64,000 nucleotides of DNA from the human T2T-CHM13v2.0 reference genome, Homo sapiens. Where the stretch lies: the NCBI RefSeq assembly GCF_009914755.1, contig NC_060929.1; one strand, written 5' to 3'. The position numbers and the translations under genes were made by a program. This document shows, piece by piece, positions 57,292 through 64,000 of this stretch (the stretch's first letter is position 1; each line of letters starts with the position of its first letter). The notes below the pieces were generated by a model. It searched no databases. It was given only the letters and a program-made list of their open reading frames with translations, and had not been told where the DNA came from.

Positions 57292-58979
57292 AAACTACTT
57301 CATTGGCCAGCCACTGTTACTGATCATCCCCATTTTAAATAAAAGAAATTGAGGTACACAGTGATTGTCATGTGCTCAGTGTTACATGGATTTTAGTATG
57401 GATTAAAATCCAACTCGTTTTATAGTCTGGTTTCCTGGTTCATATTCCCAACCATTTCACCACTTTCTCTCTCAATATCTACTCCTATGAGTTTTAAGAC
57501 TGCCTGATATTATCACTGTGGTTCCTCTCAAATCCAACCCTCCATGACCTAATTCTATTTATCAAGGTAAAAAGGGGCTTATCCTTTAAAAGCTTATTCT
57601 ACTTCATCGCTCCAAAATGAATGCCATTATTTTGGCAGCATCAGTAAAATATCACTAATATAAATAAGATCTACATTTCTCTTGAAAAACTTTCCAGAGA
57701 TCAATGTGGCATAACTAGCCAATCACCGTATCGGAAGAACTGATTTTTGTAAGGTATTCAGTGAACCTTGTAGCTTCTCTCCAAAGTTTACCTGCTAATT
57801 ACTATCTATTTACTTGTAAAAATGCTAATCGAATATACGTGGATTTAAAAACACGGGGAAATTCCTCTTCAATTACCACAATGGTTCATTCTCTTCACTG
57901 TGGAAAGGATGCAGTCCATGACAGACAGAGTAGCCTGTGGAACTGAAAATTAAAAGGAAAAAGGACCTCCTTGTTATGTAAAAAGTAGTTTTATTCAGTA
58001 GAGTGCTGGGTAAGTGTGGCAAAATGTTTTCCACATTATCTGGGTGCAGTAAAGGATTTTCATTTATCTTGTCTACGATCACTTTAGGCAGCTCCAAGTG
58101 ACATCTTTCACACCACTAATTCATTGCTATGGGTCCAAGATCCCCTTTTTATCTGTAATGGAGGCAGCATAGAGGGTGATACAGACTCTTCACCTAGAGC
58201 GGTCAATTGGGGAACTGACCAATGTCTGAGGTCCAGAAACATTACGTACTGATAGTAGAGACAATTGTCCCCATGCTAAAGACAAAACAAGAAAAATTTA
58301 TAAATATTCTGGTTACAGGCTATATAAGGTGTTCAAGAGAAATCAGCAGATGCAGACTGGACAGTCTGTGGGTCTGAGTGACTGCCAGTCATCTCAGAGA
58401 TACTAGTGTTAGATGATACTTTCTAGGGCAGTGGCAAGAGCCAAGGACTTGACAACTCTCTTCCCTGCCCTGGAAAACTGGCTACTCTTGCTGCCTTGGA
58501 TGAAAAAGAAGACCTCACAATAGGGTACAACTAAGCTTAGAGGACAAGAAATCATGTTTAGTAATGAAAATCATTGTTCTCATCTGATTTGCTATTTTAT
58601 ACCTTCACTATTCTACTGGAGTGGTTTTTATATTTTTCTCTTTCCTACAGTAATATTTCAATCATGTACATATGAGACACATTGTCTAGGATCCCAAATA
58701 ATAAATGTTGTTTTGATAAAATACACTGCTGGTCATGCACAACACCTAGATAACTATAATCTCTTTTTCTCCTACATTAGAAAGCATGTCTGAGTGTCTG
58801 AGTGAGAAACACTTAAAGTGATAGTCTTATAGAATTACTAATTTATTTTTTAAAGGAAAATATTTGCTAACTCATTGTTAGCATAAAAGCATTGCAATGT
58901 GATGACACAAACATCATAGTACCTTGAATAAGAGCCACTATGTATAAAAGTAGGAAGCTACCCATAAAATTATGATAGT

Positions 58980-59505
58980 TATCTGCTTAAAATCCTTCAA
59001 AGACTCCCTCTAAAGTCATCACAGTTCATTAGACACGCAATGCCCTTTATAATGTGGCCACAACTTATCTCTCCAGTCTTTCTTCTTTCACTTTCTCCTA
59101 TGATTCCCTGGCCCCAGGAGAAGAAGAAGAAAAACAAACAAACAAACAAAAAAACCGGCTACGTCTGAATTACATCATGTAATTTAATTTTTAGGGCCTT
59201 TGCTTGTATTTTCCTATCTGCTTGAATCACCCTTTCGCTATATTCTATGCATACTCATCTTTCAAAACTTAACCCGAATGTTACTTTCTTCATGATATTT
59301 GCATGCCTCAAAATAATTTTTTCTCAGTGCTCAAATAAAATTTCTTAGAGCTCTCCTTGAATAATAGCATTCTTTGTTGATAAATTCTTTGATATTACAT
59401 AATGAAATCTCTTGTGATGGGATTAAAATGTATTTCTCATTATATCTCTAACATGATGTATGTGATTTAGAAGTTGTTTAATGAATGTTTGTTAAAATAG
59501 TAACT
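58980..59505 (+). mobile_element. L2 3' relic
   Basis: ctgcttaaaatccttcaa...agggcctttgcttgt...tactcatctttcaaaact...aatgaatgtttgttaaa. Confidence 0.65.
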
Positions 59506-59659
59506 AAATGTCAAACAATTATGTACTAATCTCAGACTATCACCAAATACATACCACTTATAAGCAAGGAAATTCTGCAATACTTATTTCACAGTTAATA
59601 GGGACTAAAAATAATTTTGAGGATCAATAAATTAGTTAATTATGTGACTGGGGTGAAAT

Positions 59660-59940
59660 ATGGAAACAGTATACTGTTTAAAGAAAAAAGCATGGTCTTT
59701 GAACTAGACAATTAGATTTTCATCTGAATTTCTCCACTTTTGGTTGTGAAGTCAATGAGTAATTATTAGACATCTCTGAGTTTCATTTTTGTTGTCTTAA
59801 GGAGAAGAAGAAGAAGAAGAAGGAGGAGGAGGAAGGAGAATGAGGAGGAGGAGGAGGAAGAGGAGGAGGAGGAGGAGGAGGGGAAATATCGGTGAACCCA
59901 GTTGCTGGTACATAGTAGGTGATCATTAAATATGAATTCA
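59660..59940 (+). mobile_element. MIR interrupted by (GAA)n(GGA)n tract at ~59800-59883
   Basis: tctctgagtttcatttttg core. ttgctggtacatagtaggtgatcattaaatatg 3' end. Purine triplet repeat directly visible. Confidence 0.65.
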
Positions 59941-60734
59941 CTTTCCCTTTCCTGAGTTCTTCTGAGCTAAATGCGTAAACAGAATGACCCATGATGATGG
60001 AACATACCAGGTTAAAGCTGTCTAGAAATAGGGAAGTAAAAGGAAAATGCAGAACATGTAGAAATTAAGTTATTTATGAGGATAATAAGATAAAATATGC
60101 CAAAATAGATTTAAACCATTTTAAATACTTACTTTTGTATTCTAATGTTGCCTTTTCCTAAATCCAATTTTATAATATTCTAGTTTCAGGTGCAAAATAG
60201 AATACTAAAATTCTCTTGGCATGTTTGCAATGTTTCTTTTATTATCATACCCAGTATCCTTCTTTATTGCAGTGACTTCACGTAGAAGCCAGCCTCTTTA
60301 TAGTTTCTTCTTTTGGAAACTATGTCAGCCTCTCTGAATCTCTCTGACTATCACATTCATCTTGAGCTTTCCGGTATGTTATATAAAACAATACTAGCAC
60401 CTTCTGTTTGATGTAGATAAAAATGACAGGATGAAAAGCTGACTATGAGACAAACTCCTGGCTCATTTGTAAAATAATAAAACACTTTCAGCTGCCTCAT
60501 AGATAAACGTTTTGAAACAAAGTATAGCTTGGGTCCATTTTATACTAATTTTGTTTATTTAGTATTTAGAGGTCTGAACAGGACTCATGATAAAAGTGAC
60601 ATTTTTGGTAGTTAATTCACTACCTACTTCATTGACTTCTACTTGATAGGAAAAGAATGTCTAGACAGGAAGACTTTCTTTTCATTAAGAGACTAGGAAC
60701 TTGGGTTAAATATTAAGAAATAATTTATGATTCT

Positions 60735-61024
60735 GGCTGGTCACGGTGGCTTATGCCTGTAATCCCAGCACTTTTGGAGGCTGAGGTGGGTGGATCACTT
60801 GAGGTCAGGAGCTCAAGACCAGACTGGCCAACCCAACCTCTCCTAAAAATACAAAAATTAGCCAGGTATGGTGGAGGGTGCCTGTAATCCCAGCTACTCA
60901 GGAGGCTGAGGCAGGAGAATAGTTTAAACCTGGGAGGCAGTGAGCCTCCCAGGTTGCAGTGAGCCGAGATTGTGCCATTGCACTCCAGCCTGGGCAACAG
61001 AGCAACACTGTCTAAAAACATAAA
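60735..61024 (+). mobile_element. AluS (Sx/Sz-like) with two internal micro-rearrangements
   Basis: Alu dimer. 20-21-bp TSD aagaaataatttatgattct(g) at 60715 and 61025. Confidence 0.94.
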
Positions 61025-61906
61025 AAGAAATAATTTATGATTCTGAAGGATTAAAAGATAAAAGATTAAGTATGATCAACAATCTAAATAGTCTATATAC
61101 AACTTGACTACAGTGATTTAAGTATTCAGACAAATACTATTATCAGGAAATGATCTCAGGTTTAGGCAAATAGGTATATCTTAACTTACGGGAATTAGGA
61201 AACCCAGTAGCTGTTCTCTTGAGGGTAACCAGAAAGGCTGTTCCACATTTACCTGTACTTACCTTACAAGGCTAAACCCTTGAATTTTCTAGAAGTTCCT
61301 AGAATATGGTTCTCTATAAACAAAGAATGTCAATAACATTATAGTATCAAATATCTTTGGAAGTTTATTTTTAGCATGCTGTGCATTTATATTCCAGGAG
61401 AGGACTCTAAGGAGCATCTATAGAGGTGCTAACTGTGTGGCCTATATAGGCTACTGTGTGGCCTAACATTTATTGAAACCTCAGTTACAGAACAAGAAGG
61501 CATAGACACATTTTCCCCTAATTGTAACTGCTATGTACAACTAAAAACCCCAGAAGTAGGGGAGAAGGAAACAAAAGGGTGGTAGGCAGAATGCAAACTG
61601 ATTTGGGATCCAAGCACTGCAGAAAATGGTCATCTGGGTCCGAGATTTTCCAACACTCAAACTAGAAACAGAAGGCATTCCAGGCAGGCCCATTTCTCTC
61701 TCTCAGGCAAAGTGGGAACTGTACATAAAACACCATGTTAGCCCTGGCATATTTAGCAAGGGAAATTGATTGGGAGCACCACTAACAATAAGTAGTCAGA
61801 GTGAATACTCTCTTTCCTTACTAGTCCTGTGAATTCCCTACTGGACCTAGAGATGCTGGAGAAGCTGATGGGATCACCGGGGAGGAGAGAGAAACCTCCA
61901 GGGAGA

Positions 61907-62797
61907 TGTAGTGAATTATTATAGTTTTATGTTGCCTCAGGATCCATTTTGAATATAGGTTTAATTTTCTCATGCCAAAAGCAGGACTTAGTCACCCTTG
62001 ACAGTTTCCAGGTCTCTGCCTTCTCCCAGTTCCTCAATATTGACAATCCAGATATCTACCTTATACAACCACATCCTGGTGATCAGTTTCCTATGAGACA
62101 GCTAGATCAAACTTACTTGATTTGTCTCACTCACTTCCATATCCTGTGTGGACTGTGCAGATGTGCCTCAGGGATCACCTCTCAGTCACAGTGTGTCTCC
62201 AAGGATCTCATACCTACTCGTTCAAAACCCAATTAAAATTCCCTGAGGAAAGCCTGCTTGGGTAATGCTTGGAACCCCAACAAAGGCTTCATCCAACAGA
62301 CCCCTCTCTCTTTAACTTTCTCCCCACCTGCCTGTTGAGAGTGCATGTCCCAGAAAGCAGCCCCCCTTCCTGCTGGACCTGCAAGGTATGCCACCCAACT
62401 TCTCTCTGGGAACTGTCAGTAATAAAACTGCTTCTGTTATTTTATGTGTTTTGTTGTCTTGCTTCCTCTGTGTTTTATCCGACCAACACACCTGAACCTA
62501 ACTTCTTTCCAAGTTAGGGCTCTGTTAGAGAGTGACTATATGGGTAGAAATAAACTGGACACAGGTCAGGCAAAAGCCACGAAAGGGTCTTCCAGAATAA
62601 ACAAGTTTTCTTTGAGAGGGACACCTAGTCAAAGGTTGACACTTAGGTATTAGACTGTTCTCCAGGATAGAGGTATCCCATGAAGGGCACACTCTAAACA
62701 TACAAAACAATCTCCCTGAAGCCCTGTCGAGGTTATACTTTATATCCACTCTCAGGAGAGAAACCTCAAACTCAAATTAGAAATAAAAAATAGAGCA
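61907..62797 (+). mobile_element. ~890-bp solo LTR (ERV; subfamily not assigned)
   Basis: Starts tgtagtgaatt, internal polyA signal cagtaataaaac, ends ...agca. Near-TSD ggaga/gaaga once the Alu is removed. Confidence 0.65.
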
Positions 62798-62799
62798 GA

Positions 62800-63112
<313 letters not shown>

Positions 63113-63769
63113 TCACATCACAACAAGCAGTTGGGGAGCCACTATCCATCCCCAACAGACAAAGATTGAGCTGTCACAACAAGCATCTAACAGGGAAGTT
63201 TTTTTACACCACGGTCCAGGGACTCCTTTCCTCCTTCAGAATACACCAAGTAAGTGGCCACACAGAGGCCACCTTTCTGCCTCTGTAGACAGCATCAGCA
63301 GGGGCCAGAGGAGCACCAGTAGTACCACATGAACCAGGCAAATCAAAACAATGTAATGAAGTCTTTGAAAATTAAACTGTTATTGGAATCATAGCCCACA
63401 TAAGTAGGCCAGAACTTATTTAGTAAATCTGAGCATCTTATCCTGAATTCTGGTGTACAACTCAGTCCATCCTGCGTTATATTCAGCCAATTCCTAGATT
63501 TAGAAAAGCTTACAGATACAGATCAAAGAAATGGGTTGGAAATCAACAGAAAGCAAGTCAATGAAAAGGCTTATTTTGGATCTATGGAGAAAATGAAGGG
63601 AATGCCAAATGGGTAAGGTACTGAGTGTACAAACAGTCTATTTGCCTGGAAATTGAAGCAGATAGCACTTCAAAGTTTGGGTCAGTGATATAGGTAGTCG
63701 TGTGTGGCAAATAAACAGCTTTTTAGTCTCAATGGTATAATTGCTTTATACGATCTGTGAGTTTTATAC

Positions 63770-64000
63770 TTTTAATGTGCGTTTAGGACAGGAAGTATCA
63801 TCCTTTCATTTCCATGTTTAGAACTCCTTTGAGCATTTCTTGTAGAACCAGGCCAGGGGAGATGAATTCCCTCAGCATTTGCTTGTCTGAGAAATACTTT
63901 ATTTCTACAAATATAAAGCTTGGTTTGTCAAGCTACAAAATTATTGACTGGAAGGTTTTTTGTTTGTCTGTTTGTTTTCTTTTTAGAGGACAAAATAGGA
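63770..64000 (-). mobile_element. L1 ORF1 3'-region fragment, runs to window edge
   Basis: tttccatgtttagaactcctttgagcatttcttgtag...gatgaattccctcagcatttgcttgtctgagaaatactttatttct. Confidence 0.8.

Noticed and set aside
58160-58550. Slightly GC-richer segment with TATA-like tatataag, possibly an old LTR
   Set aside because: I could not recognise termini, TSD or family, so it needs a Dfam search.

Overview
AT-rich, CpG-depleted primate (human-like) genomic DNA. It is dominated by interspersed repeats, with no recognisable protein-coding exon, RNA gene or CpG island, so it is probably intergenic or deep intronic. The main elements are two near-full-length, degraded + strand LINE-1s: an L1MA4-like copy at ~4187-11406 containing a THE1D solo LTR, and an L1PB1-like copy at 28131-37508 containing a full THE1B element that itself carries an Alu. 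There is also a fragmented older - strand L1M (~14400-21755), about 13 Alu/FLAM copies, several solo LTRs, DNA-transposon MITEs, MIR/L2 relics, a TA-rich minisatellite and an AT-rich tract. Every ORF in the track that I can assign is repeat-derived (Alu, L1, LTR, microsatellite), and none of the others resembles a protein I recognise. Subfamily names are recalled from consensus sequences, not from a search. I see no new biological system. The most notable signals are mutational records: a candidate 80-bp L1 3' transduction inside a 19-bp TSD, a ~90-130-bp copy of downstream host DNA inserted into the L1 3'UTR, a fold-back template switch inside an Alu, a minisatellite apparently seeded by an Alu TSD, two independent THE1 insertions ~74 nt apart in L1 ORF2, and an orphan L1 5'UTR with a ~112-bp tandem array.
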